Shown: piece after piece, positions 1 through 9,740 of the stretch
How positions within the stretch are numbered: the first letter of the stretch is position 1
Layout of the letters: each line of letters opens with the position of its first letter
DNA from: Candidatus Latescibacterota bacterium
Lineage (GTDB): Bacteria; Latescibacterota; UBA2968; UBA8231
Direction of reading: 5' to 3'
Assembly (NCBI GenBank): GCA_965197905.1
Contig: CBDAOB010000004.1
Span: 1,971,857 to 2,035,856, forward strand
Length of the DNA: 64,000 nt
The notes under the pieces: model-generated
The model's database searches: none
Told to the model about the DNA's origin: nothing
The model's input: the letters and a program-made list of their open reading frames with translations, nothing else
Position numbers and translations under genes: made by a program

Positions 1-1045
1 CTCGTCCTGGAAAGAGGCTGGAGTTCCAGATAGTACCCAGGATCCGCCGGTTCTCCCGCCGCGGTACTAGACATCCAAACCCATCGAGAATCCTTCCGCC
101 CGGAGGACCTTCGTACCCAAAAAACACGACGTTTACCGGGGGATAGGGGATCCGCGAAAGGGCGATGCCTACCGGAAAGTCGAAACGAAAGCTCAGGTCG
201 GCATAGGCGTGGGCGGGAATGGCGAATACGAGGCAGCGCGCCCGAACACGCCATGATGCGGAGGCAGCTTCAACGGCCACGACGTAGCCGTCTTCGGTCT
301 CTTCAATCTCCCTCACCTTGACGCCTAACTGCAGCGAATCGTCAACGCGGGCAGCCAAGGCGTCGACCAGTGTTCCCATCCCGCGCCGGAAGGCAAACAT
401 CCGGGCTTTCTGTTTGGACGAGCCTGCACGTTTCCGTCGTGCTCCCGAGCCCAGGAGGGCGCCTTTGATCAGGCTGCCGTATTCCTTCTCAAGGGCAAAC
501 AGTTTCGGGAAAGCGCTCTCCACGCCAAGTTTTTCCGGGGTGCCGGCAAATATGCCGGCAACAAACGGTTCGACGGCGTAGTCGAGAAACTCCCGTCCCA
601 GTCGACGTTCGACGAACGCCGCTAGGCTCTCTTCCTCGCCGGATAGCCGGGGATGGACAAATGGCTCTCGCAACAGCCTGAGCTTGGCACGAGCGGAGAA
701 GAGGCGGCTGCCGATCAGCGCTGCCGGATGGAGAGGCAACGGATGTAATACCCCTTCCCGAGCCACATAGCGGTTCTTGGCGAGGCGCTGCGTATAGATC
801 TGCTCTTGCTCGATGCCCAGGTCGGCAATGAGCTCGCGCAAGACTGGGCTGGTCTCCAACAGCGAGTTGGGTCCCGATTCCATGAGGAAATTACCGTGGC
901 GGCGGGTTTGGATTTTCCCGCCTGGCCGGTCATCGCACTCAAGCACATTGACGTCCAAACCCCGAGTGCACAGATAGCGGGCCAGGGACAGACCAGAAAT
1001 GCCGGCGCCGACCACCACGACATCAGTTCGTCTTTTGTCGTTCAT
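1..1045 (-). CDS. hemY: Protoporphyrinogen/coproporphyrinogen oxidase, HemY family (runs off window edge)
   Basis: Not in the ORF track. Manual reverse-strand translation from ATG 1045 gives MNDKRRTDVVVVGAGISGL (FAD GxGxxG), RPGGKIQT, ESGPNSLL, VERRLGREFLDYAVEPFVAGIFAG and FRRGMGTLVDALA. Confidence 0.9.
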   Translation of the reverse strand, partial: MNDKRRTDVVVVGAGISGLSLARYLCTRGLDVNVLECDDRPGGKIQTRRHGNFLMESGPNSLLETSPVLRELIADLGIEQEQIYTQRLAKNRYVAREGVLHPLPLHPAALIGSRLFSARAKLRLLREPFVHPRLSGEEESLAAFVERRLGREFLDYAVEPFVAGIFAGTPEKLGVESAFPKLFALEKEYGSLIKGALLGSGARRKRAGSSKQKARMFAFRRGMGTLVDALAARVDDSLQLGVKVREIEETEDGYVVAVEAASASWRVRARCLVFAIPAHAYADLSFRFDFPVGIALSRIPYPPVNVVFFGYEGPPGGRILDGFGCLVPRRENRRILGTIWNSSLFPGR

Positions 1046-1380
1046 ACTGCAGATCGGAAGTAAAAGCCCAGCTCAGGTATCATGGCAGTTCGATGATCAG
1101 CTGGTAGCCGCCCGGACCAAGAGTGCCAGGCAAAGAGAAATCCGCTTCGTCGGTGACTCCTCAAAATCGAGCTCGCAGGGGACCGTTCAATTGAAATACA
1201 ATTGTCGAATCGTCGCCAGAGTCGTGGCGACGGATCCGCCTTCGAGCAATCCCAACCGGGCTCGTGGCCGGCGTCGCAATTTGGGAAAAGTGGTTCCGGT
1301 ACGTTATTTTATCTGGTGGCAGTCGGTTGCCCGGATTCCGTTCCACCTCCCGCACGGGAGCAGAAACAGAGCCAGGACGA

Positions 1381-2937
1381 ATGAGCACGCAGACCACAGC
1401 ACAGGACGATCCCCACCTTCCCAGTGTGTTGAAACAGCAGCTGTGGCGGCGCATCGGACGGCGTCTGGACAGCGGCGAGGTGTTGATCACCACCGAACAG
1501 TTTCAGCGCGCCATGACCAAGGAGTTCAAGCGCTTGGTAAAGACCAGTCCGGACTGGGAGACCAAAAAGCGCATCTGCAAGATGATAGTGACGGTAAACG
1601 AGGAGTACCCCGAAACCTATCTCACGCTGGGCATCAAGAACGCAGTCAACAAATTCTTTCGAGACGCTGAAAAGAGCTTGGGTGGAGAAGGAAACGATGT
1701 GGTGGAAGAGAGCAAGAAACGCATCAAACAGATGATAAAGAACGGCAAGTCGGATTTCTTTTTGGAAAGCATCGGGGTCGACATAGGAAACTCGGGCGTA
1801 CCTCGCAGCATTGAACGCGCAATTGAAAAGATTGTTGACGGCCAAAAGTTGCATGCCAAACCAGAGGTCCAGGTGCGTTCGCCGCGACGTCGTCGAGCTA
1901 CCAATATGGTGGACGTTCGGGTCGCGCAGGCGCAAGCGGAGCAGGCAGCAACCGACCAGGCGGTGGGGGCACCACCTCCCTCGCGCGAGGAAGAGCAAGA
2001 GCGAATTCGCGAAGACAAGAAGCGGTTGGAGGCCCTCTCGGAGCAGGAACTGAAGAGGGCTCCTTCCCGGTTCGATTCGTTCGTGGAGCAGAAGCTGCTT
2101 ACCGACGAGGAGGTCGTTTCCCTTCGCGATCTCTACGGTATCGACGAACGCCTAGAAAAGGGCGAGATCGACGAGGGGGAGGCCGACTCCCTGCGTGGGC
2201 AGATCGATGCCAATGTCCAGGCGAGACTTCGGGAACGCCTAGAGGAAGCGGTCGACTACAGCGTGCACTATCTCAATGCATTCGAGGCGTTGGGCCGACT
2301 GCCCGAACCCGCCGACGATGCCTTTCGTTTTCTGATTCAGCACAAGATGCTCGTGATCAGCGAGGACGAGGAAGCCGACTTCGCCGTTCCACTGCAGGAG
2401 CTGGAAAGCAATGCTGACCTTCTAGATAGAGTCGCCGAGGTGATGGAGCGAAAACACCACGAAGTGCGCATGATCGTCGCCAATCTACCCCTTTACCGCT
2501 ACATCTCAAAAGGGGGCAAGGTAGCCAACATGGTGATCGAAGAATCGTTTGTCGAGGAGTTGCGCAGTCTGAGCACGGACGACCTGTCCGATCGGCTCAA
2601 CGCAACCGACGCGGAAGTCCGCGTCAAGCCTGCTGCGGACATGAAGTGCTTCATAACATTGATCCAAGAGATTTGTCGAGAGACGGCGTTCCACGCCGCG
2701 ATTCGCCGCTTGAAGATCAAGTTGACGATGACGAGAATCTATTCCTCTAGTGATGGCAAAGACGGCCGCCGCAAGGTACAGCAGTTTCTTCGCCAACGCC
2801 TGCCCCGCCTGTATCCGAACCTGTCTCGCGATGAGCGCGCCGAGATCGAGGAGGACGGCAAGGCGGTTATGGACGGCCAAGGCGTGGAAGCGGCCGAGGA
2901 TGCGCCCAAAGAAAAGATGAGGGTGTATCGTGCCTGA
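1381..2937 (+). CDS. Hypothetical protein, 518 aa, charged and probably helical
   Basis: Long ORF with protein-like composition. ATG 1381 is preceded by AGGA (ORF track starts at 1264). No family recognised. Confidence 0.8.
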   Translation: MSTQTTAQDDPHLPSVLKQQLWRRIGRRLDSGEVLITTEQFQRAMTKEFKRLVKTSPDWETKKRICKMIVTVNEEYPETYLTLGIKNAVNKFFRDAEKSLGGEGNDVVEESKKRIKQMIKNGKSDFFLESIGVDIGNSGVPRSIERAIEKIVDGQKLHAKPEVQVRSPRRRRATNMVDVRVAQAQAEQAATDQAVGAPPPSREEEQERIREDKKRLEALSEQELKRAPSRFDSFVEQKLLTDEEVVSLRDLYGIDERLEKGEIDEGEADSLRGQIDANVQARLRERLEEAVDYSVHYLNAFEALGRLPEPADDAFRFLIQHKMLVISEDEEADFAVPLQELESNADLLDRVAEVMERKHHEVRMIVANLPLYRYISKGGKVANMVIEESFVEELRSLSTDDLSDRLNATDAEVRVKPAADMKCFITLIQEICRETAFHAAIRRLKIKLTMTRIYSSSDGKDGRRKVQQFLRQRLPRLYPNLSRDERAEIEEDGKAVMDGQGVEAAEDAPKEKMRVYRA

Positions 2938-2957
2938 TACACCAAACGACCGCTAGT

Positions 2958-3566
2958 TTGGATCCCGCGCAATCCCCCCTTAGAATCGTGGCCAAGCAAA
3001 ACAGGACCTACGAGGCGAAGAGTCTCGTCGGCGTCGAGGAGTACCTCACACTGGTGGAGACGAATCTCGAATTCTTCCGATGGATCGACGAGCGGCCCCG
3101 CCGGCAAGTCGAGGTCGACAACCGGCTCCACAACTATCCACAAGCCCGGCCCTTCGTGGAGACCGCCGCGGATCAAACCTGCAACCTCACTCGGGCAGGG
3201 GATATGATATACCGGGCGTATCTAAACGCAGAAGGCAAGGATCAGGGCCTTCCACCGGCCTCACAACGGCCGGCCGCCAGCAAGAACGGCTTGTCCGACG
3301 AGGATCACCACCGCCCTCCGGGATGGAGGAGGATCGTCCAAGCGTTATGTGAGATAGATGCGGTGGAACTCGTGCGTTACGATGGCGACGCAGGTGCCGC
3401 TGGGCGCCGATCCGGCGTGCTCGGTAGCAGCGGCGACTCCGGAACCATCAGGGTCGTCTATGCCAACGGCAAAATGCGCATGCCTCTTCTCGTTGAGACG
3501 ACCGCCCGCGGCAAGTCCGAAATCCGCCAGGTCGCTGATCTGATCGCGCGTGCCCTGGAGGAGTGA
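2958..3566 (+). CDS. Hypothetical protein (alternative GTG start at 2988)
   Basis: 202-aa ORF directly after the 1381-2937 gene, filling the gap to modC. No motif recognised. Confidence 0.65.
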   Translation: MDPAQSPLRIVAKQNRTYEAKSLVGVEEYLTLVETNLEFFRWIDERPRRQVEVDNRLHNYPQARPFVETAADQTCNLTRAGDMIYRAYLNAEGKDQGLPPASQRPAASKNGLSDEDHHRPPGWRRIVQALCEIDAVELVRYDGDAGAAGRRSGVLGSSGDSGTIRVVYANGKMRMPLLVETTARGKSEIRQVADLIARALEE

Positions 3567-3599
3567 CCCCGTCGCCAACCGCTTCCACCGCGGGCGCCG

Positions 3600-4688
3600 C
3601 TACTCGGCCTCCGGGCCGATGCGAATCGAGTGGGTTTTCATCAGGCAGTAGAGCCGGTCCCGCACGTTCAGCCCCATCTCTCGCACCGCCGCACTCGTGA
3701 CCTTGGCTGCCAATCTGCGCCCGACGTCAACGTAGACGAGCACAGTTCCTCCGACCTCGGTAATCTCAGCCACCTCGCCGGCGAGGGCGTTGCGTATGCT
3801 GAGACCATCCGGCCGCGAACGGGCCAGCACAATGTCGTCCGCTCGCACGCCGACAAAGAGATGCCGACCCGGAGCCAAGGCGCAGTACGGAATGAGGAGT
3901 TCCTGATCGAAACAGCGGACCCGGCTGACCCCTTCGGCAGCACGGGAATCGATCATTTCCACCCGAAGGACGTTTTCGAACCCGTGCTTCTCCTCCAGCA
4001 GGGGCATAATGCCCGGTTGCGAGGCAATCTTGAAGAAATCGCCGTGGGCAAGTACCTGCCCGCGCTGCAGCACGATAACCTGACCGGTGAGTTCCAGTAT
4101 TTCCGCCACCGAATGCGTCACGTAGAGAATGGGGATCCGCAGCTCTCGTCTGATGTATCTCAGGTAGGGAATGATGCGACTCTTCAACCCCTGGTCCAGC
4201 GAAGCGAGTGGTTCATCCATCAACAGCAGGTTGGGCGAGGAGAGCAAGGCGCGACCGAGGGCGATTCGCTGGCGCTCCCCACCGGAGAGCTTGCCCGGAA
4301 AACGTTCGAGCAGCGACCGAACTTCCAGCAGATCGACGATCCGGTCAAAGTCGAAGCGCCGTTGGCCCGCTGCCAAGCGCTCGAACCCGTAACGCAGGTT
4401 TGTGGAAACGGTCATGTGGGGAAACAACAGATCGTCCTGCAGCACATATCCAATCCGGCGTTCCTCGGGCGGCAGGTCGGTTCCGCCCTCCGCCGAGAAA
4501 AGGGTGCTACCCTCCAGCTCAATCTCGCCCTCGTCAGGACGCAACAGACCCGCGACCAGGTTCAACAGGGAGGTCTTGCCCGAACCGGAAGGACCGTAGA
4601 CGGCCGTCACCGGATAGCGGCAGTCGACATCGACCTCCAGCGGGAAGTCAGCCAGACGGCGCTTGACCCGAATCCGCAGGACACTCAA
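3600..4688 (-). CDS. modC: Molybdate ABC transporter ATP-binding protein
   Basis: Walker A GPSGSGKT, LSGGERQR, LLLMDEPLASLD and a C-terminal TOBE/Mop region (LSIRNAL). Confidence 0.95.
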   Translation of the reverse strand: MSVLRIRVKRRLADFPLEVDVDCRYPVTAVYGPSGSGKTSLLNLVAGLLRPDEGEIELEGSTLFSAEGGTDLPPEERRIGYVLQDDLLFPHMTVSTNLRYGFERLAAGQRRFDFDRIVDLLEVRSLLERFPGKLSGGERQRIALGRALLSSPNLLLMDEPLASLDQGLKSRIIPYLRYIRRELRIPILYVTHSVAEILELTGQVIVLQRGQVLAHGDFFKIASQPGIMPLLEEKHGFENVLRVEMIDSRAAEGVSRVRCFDQELLIPYCALAPGRHLFVGVRADDIVLARSRPDGLSIRNALAGEVAEITEVGGTVLVYVDVGRRLAAKVTSAAVREMGLNVRDRLYCLMKTHSIRIGPEAE

Positions 4689-5359
4689 CCGCGGCGACTC
4701 CTACGTGCCGCCCACTCGCTGCCGAGTAGAGCGGAAAACGAAATGACCACTGACAGGATCACCAGACGCAACGCTCCGTCGTCGCCGCCGGGTTGGTTGA
4801 GGAAGGTGTAGATTGCCGAAGGAACAGTGCGTGTTTGCCCGGCGATGTTTGATACGAAGGTTATGGTCGCCCCGAATTCCCCCATGCTGCGGGCGAAGGC
4901 AAGCAAACCGCCTACCCACAGTGCCGGCGCGGCCAAACGCAAGGTAACGGTGACGAAAGCCCGCACCGGAGAGGCACCCAGGGTACGGGCGACCTGTTCC
5001 AGCCGTGGATCGATATCCTCAATTCCCAGACGTACTGCCCGCAATACCAGCGGAAAGGCGACGACCGCCGACGCCAGAACGGCGCCCTTCCAGTCGAAGG
5101 CCAGCTGGATACCGAACGAGTCCAAAACCGGGCCGAACACCCCTCGACGGCCGAATAGCAGCAGCAGGAGATAACCGGTCACCACAGGTGGTAGCACGAG
5201 AGGAAGATGGCAGAGCCCATCCAACAGCAGCTTGCCCGCAAATTCGCGGCGGGCCAGCACGTAGCCAACCAGGATGGCCGCCGGCAACGTGAGGATGACG
5301 CAGAAGACCGCCACCCGCAGCGAAAGCCATACGACGTCCCACTCCTCGCCGCTGAGCAC
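4685..5359 (-). CDS. modB: Molybdate ABC transporter permease
   Basis: LPLVLPPVVTGY and FARSMGEFGATI motifs; 4-bp overlap with modC. Confidence 0.95.
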   Translation of the reverse strand: MLSGEEWDVVWLSLRVAVFCVILTLPAAILVGYVLARREFAGKLLLDGLCHLPLVLPPVVTGYLLLLLFGRRGVFGPVLDSFGIQLAFDWKGAVLASAVVAFPLVLRAVRLGIEDIDPRLEQVARTLGASPVRAFVTVTLRLAAPALWVGGLLAFARSMGEFGATITFVSNIAGQTRTVPSAIYTFLNQPGGDDGALRLVILSVVISFSALLGSEWAARRSRRG

Positions 5360-5362
5360 GGA

Positions 5363-6184
5363 TCAGTCTCCGTCCACTACCGCAAAACCGTAGTTGCGAA
5401 AGATCGCGGTGCTCCCCGTTGCCGTCAGGTGCGACAACACTCGGCGAACCGCCGCCGATGCGCGCCCCTTGACGACTGCGACGGGGTAGGCGATCGGCTG
5501 ATGCAGCGAGTCCGGGAGCGTCGCCATGAGATCAATATGAACGCCTTTCACGTCGGTGGCGTACACGATGCCTGCCTCGGCTTCGCCCCGTTCGACGTAG
5601 AGCAGCGCGGCGCGGACGTGGGGTGCCGGTGCCAGTCGATCCGCCAAGGGATGCCACCAGCCTAACGCGGTCAATGCCTGCCGCGCATAGATTCCGGCCG
5701 GCACGTGGTCCGGATCCGCCAGGGCGAGCCGACCCGAAAAAGCGCTGGCGAAGTCGAAATCGGGGTGCAGTGAAACCGCAAACGCTTCCCTCCTGGGTGC
5801 GATCAAGACAAGCCTGTTGCGCAGGAGGTCAATCCGGGTCTTTGGCTCGATCAGGTCCTTGGCTTCGAGATAGTCCATCCAGCTGTCGCTGGCGGAAAAG
5901 TAGAGGTCTGCAGGCGCCCCGGCTTCAATTTGACGCGCCAGGGATGAGGAGCTGGCGAAGGAAAGAGAAACACCCGGGAATCGCTCTTTGGGTAGAATTT
6001 CCTCGAGAGCTTCGGTCAAGGAAGCGGCCGCAAAAATGACGACCTGGCTAGCGGCCACCTCCGATCCCCACAAAAGCATCAGCGATACGAAGACACCGCC
6101 CCGCGCCGGCCCGCATCTCTTCGACCACGCTGACGCCGCGGCCAGCTCACGCCATCCGCGCTTCGATCCGTTCGAGACGTTCAC
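5363..6184 (-). CDS. modA: Molybdate-binding periplasmic protein (true start probably near 6140 or lower)
   Basis: FAAASL, SFASSSSLARQIEAGAPAD, DPDHVPAGIYA and GIVYATD motifs. Confidence 0.93.
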   Translation of the reverse strand: MNVSNGSKRGWRELAAASAWSKRCGPARGGVFVSLMLLWGSEVAASQVVIFAAASLTEALEEILPKERFPGVSLSFASSSSLARQIEAGAPADLYFSASDSWMDYLEAKDLIEPKTRIDLLRNRLVLIAPRREAFAVSLHPDFDFASAFSGRLALADPDHVPAGIYARQALTALGWWHPLADRLAPAPHVRAALLYVERGEAEAGIVYATDVKGVHIDLMATLPDSLHQPIAYPVAVVKGRASAAVRRVLSHLTATGSTAIFRNYGFAVVDGD

Positions 6185-6317
6185 TGATCTCCCGCAAGTA
6201 TTGGATAATTATCGCGTGGGTATACTGAGCGTCGATGCCCACCGGAGAATCTGGGGCGGAGATGCGCTCGATCAGTTCGGTGAAATCCGTTTTCCCCCTA
6301 TTGAGCGGCTCGGTCAT
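6147..6317 (-). CDS. Small hypothetical protein, 56 aa
   Basis: ATG at 6317 has a strong RBS (AAGGAGGAG). Translation MTEPLNRGKTDFTELIERISAPDSPVGIDAQYTHAIIIQYLREISERLERIEARMA ends in a coiled-coil-like segment. Confidence 0.7.
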   Translation of the reverse strand: MTEPLNRGKTDFTELIERISAPDSPVGIDAQYTHAIIIQYLREISERLERIEARMA

Positions 6318-6372
6318 AACTCCTCCTTGCGCAGCGCTTCGGATGGTACGAAATCGGCTCGATCTTGGTCGC

Positions 6373-7146
6373 TCAACAATGCCTGGGGGCGGCGACCTCG
6401 CTTGCGCCAGACCACGAGGATACAAACAAACGGCCGCGCCGACTCAGAGCGGGTTGTTCCCCGATCAACTCCAGGGCATGCCAGGTAGTTACTTGGTTGG
6501 CGGTGAGTACCGGCTTACCCAGGCGGCGCTCCATCTCGTCGATGCGCGTCGCCAGCCGCTGGCCGGTGCAGCCGATAAAGACGGCATCCGCCTGCGGCAG
6601 GTCCGCGCCTTCAGCGAGTTGGCTGATTTCATCGGGTGGGACGATAGAATGACCCTCTCTGAGGTTCAACGCTCGACTGTTCAGTACGGTAACGCCATGG
6701 GCTTCGATGAAAGCGACGAACTTCGCCTCGACATCTGGCATGTAAGGGCTGGCTAGTACGACCGAATTGATGTCCAGGCGGCGGAAAGCTTCCACCATTG
6801 CCGTGCTTGTCGTAGTTGCAGGTTTTCCGGTGGCGTTGGTGATGCGTCGCGCGATTTCCTCATCGCCGCCCGTCCCGCGTATGAAGCTCACGGTCGTGCA
6901 GTAGTAAGCAAAGCAATTCGGGTCGTACTTGGAGAGCCGCCGAGCCGCTTCTTCGATGTCCCCATTCTCGGCGAGGGCGAGCGAATTCTCGCAGATCGCG
7001 TCGAGCGCCGCAACCGGTGTAGACGCGGCGACCAACTCGACGTTAGGGGTAAGGTAGGCGGAAAAATCGTCGACCAGTGCTTGGGTCTCTCGGTCCACCC
7101 AAGAATCGTCGGGATAGATGGCGCCGATCCTGGCTTCGGCACCCAT
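6373..7146 (-). CDS. Maleate cis-trans isomerase / Asp-Glu racemase / arylmalonate decarboxylase family protein
   Basis: Two catalytic-type Cys motifs (YYCTTVSF, FIGCTG), plus SPY and LGKPVLTANQ. Start is MGAEARIG at 7146. Confidence 0.85.
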   Translation of the reverse strand: MGAEARIGAIYPDDSWVDRETQALVDDFSAYLTPNVELVAASTPVAALDAICENSLALAENGDIEEAARRLSKYDPNCFAYYCTTVSFIRGTGGDEEIARRITNATGKPATTTSTAMVEAFRRLDINSVVLASPYMPDVEAKFVAFIEAHGVTVLNSRALNLREGHSIVPPDEISQLAEGADLPQADAVFIGCTGQRLATRIDEMERRLGKPVLTANQVTTWHALELIGEQPALSRRGRLFVSSWSGASEVAAPRHC

Positions 7147-7147
7147 T

Positions 7148-8017
7148 TCAACCCACTCCTGCAGGTGAGCCGTCCTCCAACACCTGCATGGATTCGCGGC
7201 AATACGATTCGTCGATTTCGAAACCCACGAAATCGACCTCCAACTGGAGACATGCGCGGGCCGTGTTGCCGATGCCAAGGAATGGGTCCATAACCAGGGG
7301 CTCCTTATCGAGGCCGTGCAACCTGATACACATCTCCGGGATCTTGACCGGGAAGGTCGCAGGGTGGGGGCGTTCCTTGTCACGGCTTTGAATGGTTTTG
7401 TAAGGGACGAACCAGGTATTGCCGCGGCAGCGCAGGTCGGAACGCGCCCCATGCCATCGCTTCACGTTCGATTTGTCCTGGTATTCTACGCCGACCGCAA
7501 GCCGATCGAGCGCCACGTCTCCGGTCTTGGAAAGGTGGAAGATGTACTCGTGGCAATCGTTGAGATATCGCTGGCTATTGATCGGTTTGTAATGGCCCAC
7601 TGAAACGTTTCCGGTTATGCCGGGGTACTTTCCCACGTCTTCCTTCTGAATCGCCACTGACTTGATCCAATGGATGATATTCTGGATTTGAAAGTGGTTG
7701 CGTAGTTCGAACAGCACCTCGAACGGGCCCCAGGGATCCGATGGCTTGCCGCTCATGTTGAGGAAAACCGAACCCTCCGGCTTCAGCACTCGTTTGACGG
7801 CCACGCACCACGATCCCATGAACGACAGGTATTCGTCTCTGGCGATGGTATCGTCGTACTTCTTGTAACCGGTGCCAAGATTGTAGGGCGGCGAAGTCAT
7901 CACCACATCCACCGATTCCGGCTCTAGGACTTGAGCCATGCCACCGATGCAGTCAAGGTTATGTACCCGATAGGTACAGCCACCCCGCTCGATTTCGTAC
8001 GACCTTTCGGTCATCAT
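7148..8017 (-). CDS. Beta-class N4/N6 DNA methyltransferase (orphan)
   Basis: TSPPYN (motif IV) precedes HPATFP and MDPFLGIG (motif I), which is the beta-class order. Confidence 0.9.
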   Translation of the reverse strand: MMTERSYEIERGGCTYRVHNLDCIGGMAQVLEPESVDVVMTSPPYNLGTGYKKYDDTIARDEYLSFMGSWCVAVKRVLKPEGSVFLNMSGKPSDPWGPFEVLFELRNHFQIQNIIHWIKSVAIQKEDVGKYPGITGNVSVGHYKPINSQRYLNDCHEYIFHLSKTGDVALDRLAVGVEYQDKSNVKRWHGARSDLRCRGNTWFVPYKTIQSRDKERPHPATFPVKIPEMCIRLHGLDKEPLVMDPFLGIGNTARACLQLEVDFVGFEIDESYCRESMQVLEDGSPAGVG

Positions 8018-8018
8018 C

Positions 8019-9656
8019 TCACCAGCCGAGTACGTAGCCATCTCGACGCGGATCGGCGCCTCCCATAAAAGCGCCGGACTCTCGATCCACGATGATGCCT
8101 TGACCACCTCCCACCAGCATTGACCAGTCGCCGATATCCTCTATCTGATGACCCCGGCTCTCCAGCTCGTCGAAGACCGAGCGGCCGATCCTCGATTCTG
8201 CGTGCACGAGATATTCTGGACTGGTGGTTTTCAGGCGCGGAGCTTCAATCGCAGCCTGAATATTCATGCCGTGATCGAGCACATTCATGATCATCTGGGG
8301 TGTCGTCTGCAAGATCCCGTAGCTGCCAGGGGTCCCGATCAGCATCTCGAGATCCCCATCCTTCCAGATCTGTACGGGTGACATGCACATCTCGTTCTTT
8401 TTGCACGGACCGATAGCGTTGGGACTGGAAGGTTCAAGATCGAACCAGTTCATAAAATTGTTGAGCGTTATGCCGGTATCGGGCACCACCATGCCAGAAC
8501 CGAATCCCGATCCAAGGCTCTGAGTCACCGCTACCGCATTGCCGTCGGCGTCGATCGCGTCGAAGTGGGTCGTACATTCGTTTTTCATCCACCGAATGGG
8601 ATCGCCGGCAACAACCTCGTTGGCCATCTTGGTGGCCGTAAAACGTTCGCCGCCGGTAGGCTGAGCGTTAGGTTGTATCGACCGCCGCCGTTCGGCGGCG
8701 TACTCCGTAGAGAGCAGGCCGGCAAGGGGCGGGTTTTCGAGCGCTGCATATTCGGCGCGGTCGGCGGTCGCCAACTTTGCTGCCTCGATAAAGCGGTGCA
8801 GCGTCTCCGGTGTGTTGTGACCCATGGCGCCGACGTCGAACCCTTCCATGATATTGAGGGTCTCCAAGAATTGAATGGCTTGGCAGGGCAACGGCGGAGT
8901 CCATACGGTGTAGCCCCTGTAGTCGGTGCTGATCGGATCGAGCCAGACCGCTTCGAAAGCGGCAAGGTCTTCGTGGGTGACGAGCCCGCCGGACTGCCGC
9001 AGGAACGTCACCATGCGGTCAGCGATCTCGCCCTGATAAAAGACCTCCTCTCCCCCTTCCGCCACTGCTCGCAAGCTGCGACCGAGATCGCGTTGCAGGA
9101 GCGTCTCGCCCGCTTTCGGGGCGCGGCCTTCGATGAGGTAGTTGGCGGCTGATGCGGGGAATTTGTTCAGCACATCTTCGCGCATAGCAAACAGGGTGGA
9201 GCCAAACACCGTAAGTGCGATGCCAGTTTCAGCATACTCGATCGCCGGTTCGAACACGTTCACGGGGTCCATGCGTCCATACTGCCGCAATGCCTCGAGC
9301 CAACCGCCACACGCGCCCGGAACCAACGGCGAAAGTGGTCCTTCTTCTTTGCTCTCGTCCGATGTGTACAAAGACAGGTCTGTGGCCTTGGGGGTCAGCC
9401 CGACGTAGTCCAATATCTTGTGTTCGCCTTTTGCGGCGCTGTAGATGTGCATATACCCGACACCGGCGATGCCCGACATAAACGGCTCTGCCACGTTAAG
9501 CGCGGCCGCCGTGGCGACTGCGGCGTCAATGGCGTTGCCACCCTGAATAAGCATGCGCATGCCGGCCAGTGCGGCGAGCGGGTGGGCACAGGCAACCATG
9601 CCCCTCCGACCGGTGACCGTAGCGCGATGTACCAACCCTTCAGAGGGCAGGCTCAT
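8019..9656 (-). CDS. ggt: Gamma-glutamyltransferase family protein
   Basis: GGNAIDAAVA, CTTHFDAIDADGN (nucleophile Thr), GTPGS and GGADPRRDG. Confidence 0.93.
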   Translation of the reverse strand: MSLPSEGLVHRATVTGRRGMVACAHPLAALAGMRMLIQGGNAIDAAVATAAALNVAEPFMSGIAGVGYMHIYSAAKGEHKILDYVGLTPKATDLSLYTSDESKEEGPLSPLVPGACGGWLEALRQYGRMDPVNVFEPAIEYAETGIALTVFGSTLFAMREDVLNKFPASAANYLIEGRAPKAGETLLQRDLGRSLRAVAEGGEEVFYQGEIADRMVTFLRQSGGLVTHEDLAAFEAVWLDPISTDYRGYTVWTPPLPCQAIQFLETLNIMEGFDVGAMGHNTPETLHRFIEAAKLATADRAEYAALENPPLAGLLSTEYAAERRRSIQPNAQPTGGERFTATKMANEVVAGDPIRWMKNECTTHFDAIDADGNAVAVTQSLGSGFGSGMVVPDTGITLNNFMNWFDLEPSSPNAIGPCKKNEMCMSPVQIWKDGDLEMLIGTPGSYGILQTTPQMIMNVLDHGMNIQAAIEAPRLKTTSPEYLVHAESRIGRSVFDELESRGHQIEDIGDWSMLVGGGQGIIVDRESGAFMGGADPRRDGYVLGW

Positions 9657-9740
9657 TAGACATAACTCCAGCGCTGACTTAGGTTTGACCGCAAATCATA
9701 ACCGAATGCATAAAGACGGTCAAGAAACGTGAGAAAGCAT

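Noticed and set aside
3630-4811. Long antisense ORFs (393 aa here; also 25176-26135, 46207-47019, 54053-54841)
   Set aside because: They are shadows of well-supported genes on the opposite strand, as expected at high GC.
7148-8017. Complete restriction-modification or defence island
   Set aside because: The flanking genes are metabolic, and no nuclease or other defence gene is recognisable.
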